A stretch of 64,000 nt of DNA. It comes from Utricularia gibba (lineage: Eukaryota > Plantae > Magnoliophyta). The position numbers and the translations under genes were made by a program. Of the stretch, positions 48,240 through 60,029 are shown in pieces (the stretch's first letter is position 1; every line of letters starts with the position of its first letter). The DNA is taken from NCBI GenBank assembly GCA_002189035.1, contig NEEC01000002.1, positions 3,658,001 through 3,722,000 of the forward strand, written 5' to 3'. The notes beneath the pieces were generated by a model that searched no databases, was not told where the DNA came from, and worked only from the letters and a program-made list of their open reading frames with translations.

Positions 48240-50673
48240 ATGGAGGCAACCAAAGGTAAAAGAAAAAAAGATGTCTCATCTTCAAGTCAACTGAGTAAAA
48301 AATCTGTCAAGAAAGTAATATGGGATTTGACTGCAAATGAGATCTTTTTTCAAGGGGCACTAATAGAGGTTGAGAAGGGAATTTCCGCAACACTTCATTT
48401 AATAATGAAGGATGGGAAAATTTATTGAGTGTATTCAATAATACCCAACCATACAAATGCAATTTGGTGCAAATAAAAAATAATTGGAATAGCCTTCGAG
48501 AATATTGGAGGGTGTATAAGAGGCTAAGCAATATGATTGGAATAAGATGGGAGGTTATGGATGGTCAATTCAAATATATACAGAATGGTGGAAATTGTAA
48601 ATTGAGGTTAATATATTTTTTGAAACATCATATTCTTATCAATATTAGTATGTTTTGTTGCTTTTTAATAGCTATTGATTTCTTCCATTGAATAGCATGT
48701 TAATTTGCTTTTTTATCCTGTTGACTTGTTCCAAAAAGTAGCAGGTTTTATTTTTTTAATTATATATGATTCTGACTTCATACATGTGTTAACTAAATGA
48801 ATTAGATACATACTATTCATTAGCTTTTATGTTATCAATATTAGTATATGTTAATAGTTCTGAAACTTTTACAAAACATTAATGTTCTTTTAGTTTTTTA
48901 AATATATCATGTTTTTATTTTTTCACATTCATCTCATTTTAATTACAATTGTTTTGTAGCAGGAAAATGCTGTAGCTTCTAAGTTCAAGAATAAACCACC
49001 TATATTTCTTGAGTTGATGCAAAAATATTTGATCCCATGGTTGGATATGCACCTGAGCATTATATGCCAAATGCAGGGATACAACATGATAACACATATT
49101 TTTGAGTGGCTCAATGCATGGAATTTACTCATTTTGTGCTACAAAAATTAAGCTTTATTGCCTAGTTTTGTATTTTTGCCATAAGTACCGTAGTAGTGCC
49201 AATTTAGTCGTAGTTGGTACTAAATCTGCGATTTAGTCCCAATCTTCTAATAGTTTCCTTTGAGTAATGCAGCACAGATCGCAATACAAATCCCAAGGAG
49301 CCGAATATGAATAGTGTCGTGGCAGAGAAGGTGGCAGAAGTCTGAAAAAGAGTACACACAAAGTTCAAGGAGGTGAAAAATTGAGATTTTGGACAAAAAG
49401 GGAGGAAAGATGAGAGAGAAGGCAGATCTCCCATTGGAGACTCAAGACAAGTTTCTGGAGATTTTTCTAGAGGAAGAAGAAGGAGAGGACGACAAACCAG
49501 AAGAACACAGCTTCTCTTGAGAAAATATTTTCGTTCTTCATGTTTATTGTTTCTAGCTAAGACTAGATTTGGATTTCCTGTGTGAACGAAGTGTCTTTCC
49601 TACTTCTGCTTCATATTGCTCGCTGTTATTTAATATTTGTAGTCAAGATGTTGCTTAGGATATGCTATGAAAATGTTTTACTTTTCATTGTTATGAGTAG
49701 CTAAGCACTTAGAGGGGGGTGCCTTGGGGTGAAGAGGGGAGAAACATGGTAATCCATCCTTAGACCTATTAAATCATAAGCCACACTACTTCCTTAGTAA
49801 ACCAGGATAGATCCAGGAGGGGGAGGTAGTGAAACCCAACTAACAATCCTAATTAGAGGTAGACCAAAGATTAGGGGGAAAAACAAGAATCCGGGTAGAC
49901 CTAGATTTGTGAGTTAGTTGTATGATTTTTTATTTATGTTAGCTTGTTTAGTAATAGGCATACATCCCCTAGGAGTCCCAAGGCATCACCCATTTCATTC
50001 CAAAAACAACCGAGCTCCAGAACTTATTAATTTTTTTTACTGTATTTCGTTTCAGTTCTGCTTTAGTCTAGCTAAGACCAATTTTACCAACTTGACATTA
50101 ATTTCATGCATTAACTTTCACATAGCAAGCACCTGCTCTTCATGTTCGATACTAATCACTATGCTCATAATTGTTTTATGCTTGAAGGTGTATTAGGTTA
50201 TAAATTTATTTGATAGGAAAATTTGCATTTAACGACATTGCACAATTATCCGTTGATCACAACAACAAGATAAAGAAGAGAATAACAATTCATATGAAGG
50301 AAAACTTGATGAAACTACTCTGTTGGTTGTCTTTCAGACCCATGAAGGTATTATAACTGATTTGAATATTCAAGAGCAACCAACACCAGTATTATCTAAG
50401 AAAAAACAAATTGTTCGTCGTAGGAATAGTGACCGTATAGCAGCATCTTTGGAAAGATGGGCCAAGGCATCAGAGGCAATTTTTGCAGCTACTATAAGAA
50501 AAGAAAAATTTTCAATAGCTAGTTGCATGAACCAATTGGCGAATACCACATGGATCGTTGAGGGGAGCAATATGTGGCTCCGTGCTCTTTATTTATTTCT
50601 CCGTTCTAGCAACAGGGAGATCTTTATGATAATCGAGAGTCATACTGCGCGTTGCCGATGGATTATGCAATGA
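48240..50673 (+). pseudogene. PIF/Harbinger ORF1 (Myb/SANT-like DNA-binding protein), interrupted
   Basis: KVIWDLTANEIF...FNNEGWENLLSVFNN...QIKNNWNSLREYWRVYKRL; C-terminal FSIASCMNQL...REIFM. Confidence 0.8.
49087..50259 (+). mobile_element. Family Y solo LTR (1173 bp)
   Basis: TGATAAC...TTGATCA, perfect TSD CAACA. Confidence 0.95.
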
Positions 50674-51109
50674 CTTCAAGCGCATCACCCGAGGCTGGTC
50701 GATCTGATTACAATGATTCATGCATTGTGCTTGGAAGCTTGCTCTATTAAATTGTTGTATTACATGTTGCATTTCATAAAAACTAGTTTTCCAAATTCTT
50801 CCTTTTATTTACGAGACAAAATATGAAACGCTCATCTTCATTTTTCTTTAGACATAATTATTAAAAAGCTTTATTTTATAGATACATCAAATGCTTTTTG
50901 TTTTAAATTGTGACCACTCGTTGTATAGATTTTTCAAAAGCTTTCTCATCTACAATTGTGGCCATTCATTGGTAGATTTTTTTTTTGTTCATGGGTTGGT
51001 TGATTTTTTTTTTTAATATTCTCTATAAATGGTCATTTTGGAGAACTCCTTAATTAGCATTATTGAAATCTCATCTTTTAGAAATTTTCCAACTCTTTCA
51101 TGGCATCCT

Positions 51110-52740
51110 TTTCAAACCCAATGGGATCATTCTCAGAAGATAGTGAGCATGACTCAAATCTCACTGAAAATGAAGAAACCAATGAAGAAAATAGTGATGT
51201 GGAGCTTCAAAAGGTTCAAGAGCAAATGGCATTCTTAGGTGAAGGCTTTGAGTTCTTCTCAACAATTTAGAACTATCATAATAGTTATCTGGAGAAAAAT
51301 AGAATCCATGATTGTCCGGTCTCAGGATGAAATTTATTGTTACATATTCGCGCATATCAGGATCTCCGTATGAAACCATTAGTATTCCTCCACTTTTGTT
51401 CGTTAGTTGTTGATGAATTCGGTCTACAGAAGAGGCGACACATCACATTAGAGGAAGAAGGTTGCAATTTTTATGAAAATTGTTGGCACACGGATGAGAA
51501 ATCATCTCTTACAAGAATATTTTCAAAGAGAAGGTGCTACTATAAGTAGAGCTTTCCATAATGTACTGAAAGCTTGTAATCGTATGGCCTCAGTTTGGAT
51601 AGCACCCGGAAGAGATTTCACACATGTCCCATCATACATTAGAAATAAAACTTGCTATTTTCCATTTTTTTAAGGATGTGTTGGAACTATAGATGGAATG
51701 CATATCAAAGCTTGCATTCCAATGAAGGAAAGAGTACGTTTGATAACACATATTTTTGAGTGATTGAGTACATGGAAAAGATTCATATTGTGTTACAAAA
51801 ATTAAGTTTTACTGCTTAGTTCCATATTTTTGCGCATAGTACCGTAGTTGTCTTATTTAAGTCTTAGTTGGGAGTAAATCGTAGATTTAGTCTGAACCTT
51901 CTAATAGTTTCCTTTGAGCATTGCAGCACATGTTGACAACACAAATCCCAAGGAGCTGAATATGAACAGTATAGTGGCAGAAGTCTAAAAAGGAATACAA
52001 ACAAAATTCAAGGAAGAGAAAAAAGGGGGATTTTGGACAAAAAGGGAAACAAGATGTAGAGAGAAAAAGATCTCTCCCATTGGAGACATACGAGATTCTT
52101 TCTGGAGAAGGTTTTATGGGGGAGAAGAAGGAGGACGACAAATAGGAACGAAGCTGATGTTTGAAGACTATTTTTCTATTTTCGAAGAATATTACTCTTA
52201 GCTAAGAATAGCTAGCGACATTTTCCAGTTTTCTTTTGACATTTTAAATTCCTTGCTTGTTTACTTTCTCATATTCAACTGTGAGATTACAATGTGGATG
52301 ATGTTTTCTTTTCTATTTTCTTTTATCTTAAGCATGAGTGGCTAGGTACTTAAAGGTGACTTGGAGTGAAAGGGGGAGAAATATGCTAATCAATCTTAGA
52401 TCTAGTCAACACATAGGTCATGCCACTTCCATAACAAACCAAGATAGATTCAAGAAGGGAAAGCAATGAAACCAAGCTTAACAACCTTAATTAGAGGTAG
52501 ACCAAAGATTAGGGGTAAGGGGAAAACAAGAGTCCGGATAGATCTAAATCTTGTGAGTTAGTTGTTTAATTTATGGTTTGTATGAGCTTGTTTAATGATG
52601 AGCATATATCCCCAAGAGTCCCAAGACGTGGATATACTCGTCCTCAAGAGTTGTTTAACCACAGACATTCAGCTCTACGTTCTATCATTGAAAGGACATT
52701 CGGTATTTGGAAAAAATGTTTTCATATTGTCTCGAATTAT
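51110..52740 (+). pseudogene. PIF/Harbinger DDE transposase pseudogene
   Basis: ATISRAFHNVLKA, GCVGTIDGMHIKAC (first catalytic D), ELFNHRHSALRSIIERTFGIWK; centre deleted; candidate right TIR ttcagaacactgc ending ~52947. Confidence 0.88.
51741..52627 (+). mobile_element. Family Y LTR, 3'-truncated
   Basis: Starts TGATAACAC; collinear with 49087-~49980, then jumps into the transposase C-terminus. Confidence 0.9.
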
Positions 52741-53030
52741 TTGTAACCTATGTAATAACGTTTCATGTAATGATTTGTATTTGATAAGATTTATGTGAAA
52801 TTGAATACTTTTAATTTCTAGATTTGTTCTTAAATTTATTTATACATTTTTTCTGAAACATTTTTAATTTCTATAAATTATTTCTACTTCTATTTTATAT
52901 TTTTCGGAAAGTAGAAATAGTCCAGAGAAATATTTCAGAACACTGCTTTAACCTTCATATTTTTTACTATATCTCAAATGACATCATCTTTAGAGTTACC
53001 AAGCTCTTTCAAATTCATCTTAATACTTTC

Positions 53031-53541
53031 TGATGGGGTGTAAATCGGATATGCTTAATCGGACTCTGAAAGGTTGCCAAAAGGTACTCTGACAAGATAG
53101 CACCGACCAACAGACCGGTATATATCAGAGGCACAGTCTGAAAAGCGTCTGAATTACGGTAGAGTAGGCGGCGATTTTCTGAAAAGCAGGATCCTAGTAT
53201 AGGTGCAGAAAGCAACTGACAACTTCAAGAGTCAGGATTCAGTCAGATCTGCCTCTTCTATAAGTAGGAGAAATCCTGAACGAAAGGGGGTTCGATCCTG
53301 AGCTTTCCAACTTGTATTTCTCCCCTCACCTCCATCTAGTAAAGATTTTTCTCCGACGAGCTCCGGTAACTCCGTGGTTTTTCCATCCTTCGGCGGTTTC
53401 CACGTAAAAATATCTGCCCAACTTAATTTTTGCTGATTAAATCGAGCAAATCACAAAAAGCTTAATCATGTGTGGTACATACGGCTGCAACCATAACCTG
53501 AAAATCGGTCCCCTCTCGGATACTGATTTTTGCCCTTAACA
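53031..53541 (+). mobile_element. Tat-family solo LTR (511 bp)
   Basis: TGATGG...CTTAACA, perfect TSD CTTTC; related to 5863-6390. Confidence 0.93.
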
Positions 53542-53759
53542 CTTTCAATTTGCATGAAACACAAGTTTGCAATAGGATATTTTAATCTGGATATCAAATT
53601 GAAAATATGAAAAAAAAGGCTCCAAGAAGTTGCATATTTTTTTAAGGCATGTACCAATCTTCATCACTTAAACAACGCTTATAATTTCTCTCATTGTAGC
53701 AAAGACTAATGAAAGTAAGTTTTTATTTTATGGAATTTAGATTTTATCATACTAATTCT

Positions 53760-54240
53760 TATTACACTAGGATAGATTCAGGAAAGAGAAATAGTGACAT
53801 GTGCATTCTAAGACAAACCTAATTTGAGATAAATGAAAAGTTATTGAGATAAAAGATTTAATTAGACTTGAAATTTTTGATTTTTTTGATAAATAATTTT
53901 TAATTTAGATGGGATAAGGATGTTGATATGCATACTATTCCTAGAAACCTTATGTCATCATATGATTTTTTTCTATACCATAAATTAAATGGATTTGTTT
54001 ATTTCTTTTATTCTAACTTGCCATTGAACCATACTAATTGTATCTTATAGTTAATATTTTATCGTGACAAACTAGAATACATTAATTTTTATACAACAAA
54101 CACATTGCTTTTCATATTCAATTCTAATTCCACTATATGCTCTTATTCACTTGATATATGAAGTAGAATTAGGTTTACAAATTTATTTGATGTAAGAATT
54201 CAAATTTGTACAACAATGTGCAAAAATTCTTCATTTATCA
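53760..54240 (+). mobile_element. Old family Y-like LTR 3' fragment
   Basis: Degenerate similarity to 41250-41699; ends catttatca. Confidence 0.55.
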
Positions 54241-54464
54241 AAAAACTTCCAGAAATATCTTCTAAATGAACTTATATAATATATTTTTTAAATTCTCATA
54301 GTTTTTCTTCTGATGCTCTCACATATCTGACACTTTTTTTGATTTTTTTAAAATGTATCACCTGATATATTTAAACCATCGCATACAATAATATTCAAAA
54401 TGTGTGTATAATACCTCACTTGAAAATACTCTCCTTTGCACAACAAAACACCTTGTAAATTTAA

Positions 54465-55957
54465 GTTGTGTTCTAAAAATTTTTAAAATCAATTTTTATT
54501 TTTAGAAAAATAAAAATTTAGAACACAACTTAATTTTACTTTTACGTCTATGATGGTGATTCTGCAACTGCATAGAAACCGTTGAAGTAATAAAATAAGA
54601 TCGTATCCACAGGGAATTGTTATTGAAATATTCTTTTCAAAAGAAAGAGTTAAAAAGATTGGAAACAAAAGAAAGATTTGGTTTTTGAAGAAAATAAGAA
54701 AAGTGGCCTTGGATCTAAGATCGACCTTACTTGAAACTCGCCCTTGTGTGTGTGCAAACCTTGAGAACTGACCTGCTTGCGCAAGCTTTGGGGGTGTTAT
54801 GCTAAAGTAGTGCTACTCGGTGACCGTTATAGCACCGTCCCTTGTTTTGTGAGATTATGGAATCAACCACGCCACCAGCCATTTCACCTCTTGTGATAAC
54901 CCATGTTTTCCCCACACCCAAATCTAACCCCTACACCTCACACCTCGCAGACAGATTAGACTGAATGTGTCTTATCAACGATGTCCGATTGAGCCCTTCT
55001 CCTTAGGTGCTTGAAGCCAATCTTTGATTCTCCCACACTCCCTTAGGTTATATGGTACTAAAGATCACGTTGGTGAAGAAAACGTTGCGACAAACAGAAT
55101 CAGACCTCAAATTAAATGCTGAAAAACATAGTAAGACAGTCACGCGTGCAGGACTTGCGCAAGCAAGGCTTCACAGCAGATCTCAGCCGCAAGTGCTCAC
55201 ATGCGCATGCTTGACTCTAAACAACAAAAGTTGATGAAAAATGAAAGGAAAGAAATCCAAAACATGCTAGACTCGACTCTAAACCCTAGATTGACTCTCT
55301 GGTTATCCACCACTTCTACCCCCTTACGTCTTCACGTTTGGATCTTTATATAATGGTGGGGATTTCCCGGGCTTTCTTGATGGGCTCGCATCAAATCTTC
55401 TATCCGAATCTTTGAAGATTTGATACAAATCTTCTAGGATGAGATCCAATTTCTCCAAGATAAGATGCGAATCTTATCTTATCCGAGAATCTTTGATTGA
55501 GTCTTCATCCAGATAGACCAAATCTTAGCCTCCATTAAAGTAGCTCGAAAATCCTTCAAATTATTCCAAATTCGTCCTGAAAAATCACAAAACACACTTT
55601 TTCTCCAAAAAGATCAAAGTGGTAAGATATAAAATTCTTCTAAAAACATAAAGAAAGTGGGATAAAAAGAATGCAAAACTCATCTAAGTGAGTCTCAAAA
55701 AACACAAATATAAGTGACACAAAATCAATTATTAGTCTACCAAAAATATTTTTGGTATTAAGCTTCAAAAATAGTTTTTGAAAATAGAGATGAGCTATTT
55801 TTCTATACTATTTCTACTTTTCAATACAAATTCTTAAAAATTTTTCATAATTTTCTAGAACATCCATTTTTAGTTCTATTTTTATAAATTATTTCTACTT
55901 CTGTTTTTTATTTTTTCAAAAGTAAAACAAATTCTAAAAATTTTCTAGAACACTCAC
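54465..55957. mobile_element. Tourist-like MITE split by the family W LTR
   Basis: TIR gttgtgttctaaaaattttt / aaaaattttctagaacactcac with TAA/TTA flanks. Confidence 0.62.
54551..55734 (-). mobile_element. Family W solo LTR (1184 bp)
   Basis: TGATG start, TATTA (mutated TATCA) end, perfect TSD GTCTA. Confidence 0.88.
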
Positions 55958-55960
55958 TTA

Positions 55961-56480
55961 GTCTATCCTTTAAGATCTTAACTATACAATTATTCATTGA
56001 TACACTATCCAATATGATAGAAAAAGTCTTGGATTCTATCCCCCAAACTTTAGGCACATGAAGTAACGTCAATGATAATTCAAGTGTCGTATGACTAGAT
56101 GAAGTAATCATGAAATCTAAATTTGTTTTGTTGCAAATGAAGACTGGCCACTGAGCATATTTCCAACATCATAAAACAACTTGCAAGAAAATATTTTTTT
56201 GTAATCTTTTCATTTCCATTTCTCACCAACTTCTACCATGTCAACCTTAATAAAATAATCCCATATCCCAGACATATCTTTTTTATCATTTTTTGCATCT
56301 CTATCATGAAATTTAAATAAATATGTCCTTTATTTTTGAGTGAATGACAAAACTTCTAGTTGCAAAATTACAATAAAAATTTACTGTACGACCTTTTCCA
56401 ACATGTAGCTAAACCTTCTTACAAACTTCCAAATTAATGGTTGTTATTATTCGGTAATAGGTAAGCCTTCATCTTCAATA
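55961..56480 (-). pseudogene. Second hAT transposase remnant
   Basis: SGIWDYFIKV (BED start) and KVWGIESKTFSIILDSVSMNNCIVKILKDRL. Confidence 0.65.
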
Positions 56481-56989
56481 TTTTGAATTTTAGATATATC
56501 ACTATTTTTTATGCTAAAAAGACATTAAATAAAAAAGCTAACCCTATAAGTATACATATAAAAAAAATATTAACAATCAAAAAATTATTGTTAGAAATCA
56601 ACTTGAAATTAGATATCAAATGTTAGTAAGAAATCATTTGATTGAAACAAATTCGAAAATCATTTTTTTTAAAATGAACATTTTTTTATTTGAATATTTT
56701 ACTAAAAATATAAGAGAAATATTATTTTACATTATATTCCTACATGGGGATGGCATTCATCTTCAATGTACTCCAAATTCTAATTCATATATCAAATCAA
56801 ATATTTTATTTAAATGTAAACCAACACATCAAGATGCTAATAGTAGATATTACTCCTTGATAGAATCAATAGAGTTAGATAAACTTAGTTTTACGTATTT
56901 TGTATATGAATAGACCTAATTGTGGAATAATTGATGATATTAGAAATTATTTTAACCAAAAACATGATTTGGATAAACTTAGGTTGTTT

Positions 56990-57319
56990 AGAATTGTAAG
57001 TATGAAAACATTATCGATTAAATTAAAGATATAAATCATCTAGATTACCTTAATATATGTTAGTATAACTTTATGCTTAGAACCATTATTTGTTACTTTA
57101 TACGTTGAGATTTAATTTTATTTATTGAACTTATGTACTGTAGTTAGTTTGACCTTGGACTAAGTGTATCATTTATTTCAAATTTTGCATCTCGAAAAGT
57201 AATTTGCAATCACTTGCTCCTTGTGATCAAACCCAAAATCTATTATATAAGTTTTTTGAATTTGTATTTGATATAAAGATTTCATCTTTTGCGATGATTT
57301 AATAAATTTGCATTTATCA
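56990..57319 (+). mobile_element. Old family X-like LTR 3' fragment
   Basis: Degenerate similarity to 27920-28179; ends catttatca. Confidence 0.55.
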
Positions 57320-58350
57320 CACATCATCAGAATATTAAACGATTAGTATTATTAAGGATTAATGTATGAGATGAGATATAAGATAGTTTTTTTTATAACT
57401 TGTTTGATTATTTTGAGAAGTATGAGATTATTATCCTTAAAGCCAGAACAAAACTCTGATACTGTATAGGAAGGATTTTTAAAAATCTTATCCGATCAAT
57501 CAAATTCTATTTAAGCTTTACGTACCTGTAATCAAACACAATTTTTTCTGGATTCCTAGAATTCTAGACTGGGTCGAATCAAACCCATTAAAGAAACATA
57601 GCAGAATATTTGGGAGAATTGTTAGATCCGAAATGATATAACGGTCAATTTTGCAGAAATTTAATGTATTACTTATGTCAGAAAATTTTGTTTTTAAAAT
57701 ACCTGTTGTTTTTTTTACTTTATCAAAACTATTAAGATAATTTAGTTTACTTCAAAGTTATTATTAATCAAAAAAATTATTTAGATGAATTACTCTTAAT
57801 GATGAAAATAATAATAATAAATAATTAAATAAAAAATTGTAATATAAACTATAATGTGCCTCAGGTTGGAATTATTTCCACCTCAAACTCTATCTACACC
57901 ATACCTAAAAAATAATTGCATATATGATAAGATGTATGATCCCAACGATGTTATATTTAGTACATATTTTTTATTCTTAAAATGATAAATCAATAATCTT
58001 GCATAACATAATTATTTTTCACTTTTTTAAAATGAGAAAAAAATAATAATATAATACTATAAATTTTAATTTAAATGAAGAATAAAGATTTATTAGTATA
58101 ATTTCGACTATATTTTTATTCACCGAGTATCAACAAGATAAAGAATTATGATTTTTAAAAATTTTATATTTTGAAAGGATAAAAACTAATATGTGGATAA
58201 GTATTCAAATGCAAAAACATTTAATAAATCATAATATTATCAAATCTAATGACCAATTAATCAAGTATATCATAAATTTTCAAATGTTACATAAATAAAT
58301 GTATAACTCGAAAATGATATAAAATTTCAAATATATTTTTATTAATAAAA

Positions 58351-58399
58351 TATATATATAGATATATAGATATATAGATATATATATATATATATATAT
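58351..58399. repeat. (TA)/(GATATATA) microsatellite
   Basis: Direct reading. Confidence 0.95.
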
Positions 58400-59796
58400 G
58401 TTACAATGTTTAGTAAAATTTATAAATTTTTATTGATTAAATAAAAAAATATATTGTCTCCCTACCTTTGTATGGTTCAACTGCCTCTCTATTCTGTCCC
58501 CCTTCCTACCTCCTCTCATAAAATATAGATACAATGTTTTACGGATGATCGGATTTTAGTGACAATAAAGGCGACAAATGCTTACAATTTATTTTCAATT
58601 AAAATCATTCAATTTCTTTTAAAAAAACTATATTTTGTATAATAACAATTCATGTAAAAAAATAATAAAAACACAGGTATTTTAACAAAAAAATAAGAAA
58701 GTACAGGTATTTGAGTGATGACAAAAAAATAACAGGTATTATGATAAATTTTATTATCTAACATAGATATAACAACAAAATAGCCATCAATTTTGCTTCA
58801 TTAAGAGGAGTTAAGCGTCAACTGTCACCCGCATCCGGGGCCGCCACTGCACAACTAGATAGATGTACATCACTAGAAACCACGCCCTCTGGTCGGGAGT
58901 TTGGACCACCCACGATTTCTTGTCTAAATCCGGTCATACAAAAGACATATAGCCAGCCAGCCAGCCTGCCTGCCGGCTCGTCCCCTCGATCGAGCAAAGG
59001 CTCCCTTCAACCAAAGAAGTTACCTTATATTGTGGGGGTGGGGTGGGGTGGGTAAAAAATCTTGGCCCCCAGAAATCTCACAATCTTCAGGACCGCAAGT
59101 AGTTAGTGGGTCACCCGCCGGCTTTTCAACGACTCATCCAATCCAATCTGGTAGCATATCAAGATCGGAAAAGCGATTGAGAGAGTTTGGGGGTTCCACC
59201 CTGCGGGTCACTTTTTTTTTTCTCCTAGGAGTAAAAAGAGTCGTACACGCAAGTAAACCAGGCTTATTCTGTGAGTATACCAACCATATACAGTTGACTT
59301 TAATGATGTCTGTGACTCCATTGGTATGGAATATGGAATGTTACAAAAATGCTACAACATACATAAAAAAAGAAACAAATAATAATCTCAACGACCTTTA
59401 TAGTAAATTATTATAGAATGGTAGAACATGATTAAAATTCATGGAGAAAAGGGAAATGAATTAAAAAAATGTTTTTTTTTTTGAAATAAAAGATCGCATC
59501 TCATGATACTTGCGTTCATCTAAATTATTCATTTTATGGGGAGAAACGATACGGACTCGTCATGGGTTGCTAACAAAGTGACGATTGTTGAATCATAGAA
59601 GAAAGATCACCATATCTGTATGTATGTATGTGTAGCAAAGACGCCAGTCTGATACTATAAAAAAAATACGTAATGTGGCCCCACAATTCTCTATTTAGGA
59701 ATCAAGCAAGGACCACCCTAATTCCAACAGTCATTTCAAAACTTAATCTACGAGGGGTAATTCAGTAATTCACTTTTATTCCAGTCACCCTTGTTC

Positions 59797-59980
59797 ACGC
59801 GCTTTCAGGCCGTCGTTGTTTCTGAGAGCGCGGGAGTCATGCAACAAACAAAATGTTTAGAAAGCACCGCTGCAACTTGCGCAGCTGAAAGGAAGGGAGT
59901 GTTGTTTTCTGTCCTACGGAGAATATTGCGCATTTAGGGGGATCCAGCGCGTGAAGCAGAAACGCCTACGAGACTATAAA
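59797..59980 (+). promoter_or_regulatory. Putative IQM promoter: three CGCG boxes and a TATA box
   Basis: ACGCGC 59797, GCGCGG 59828, GCGCGT 59947; TATAAAT ~59974, 56 bp before the ATG. Confidence 0.55.
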
Positions 59981-60029
59981 TTTCAGGGCCTCTTTTTTTT
60001 TCTTTTGTTATCATCGTCATTCCCTGTGT

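Noticed and set aside
47640-48240. Left TIR of the Harbinger element
   Set aside because: The only TIR-like match (~47925) is in right-end orientation, so the left boundary was not called
59140-59225. tRNA or tRNA-derived SINE (ggttccaccc followed by a T-run)
   Set aside because: No convincing A box, cloverleaf or TSD; kept only as part of the unexplained GC island
59030-59416. 128-aa upstream ORF
   Set aside because: No recognisable motif, GTG/ATG context is weak and it runs into AT-rich sequence
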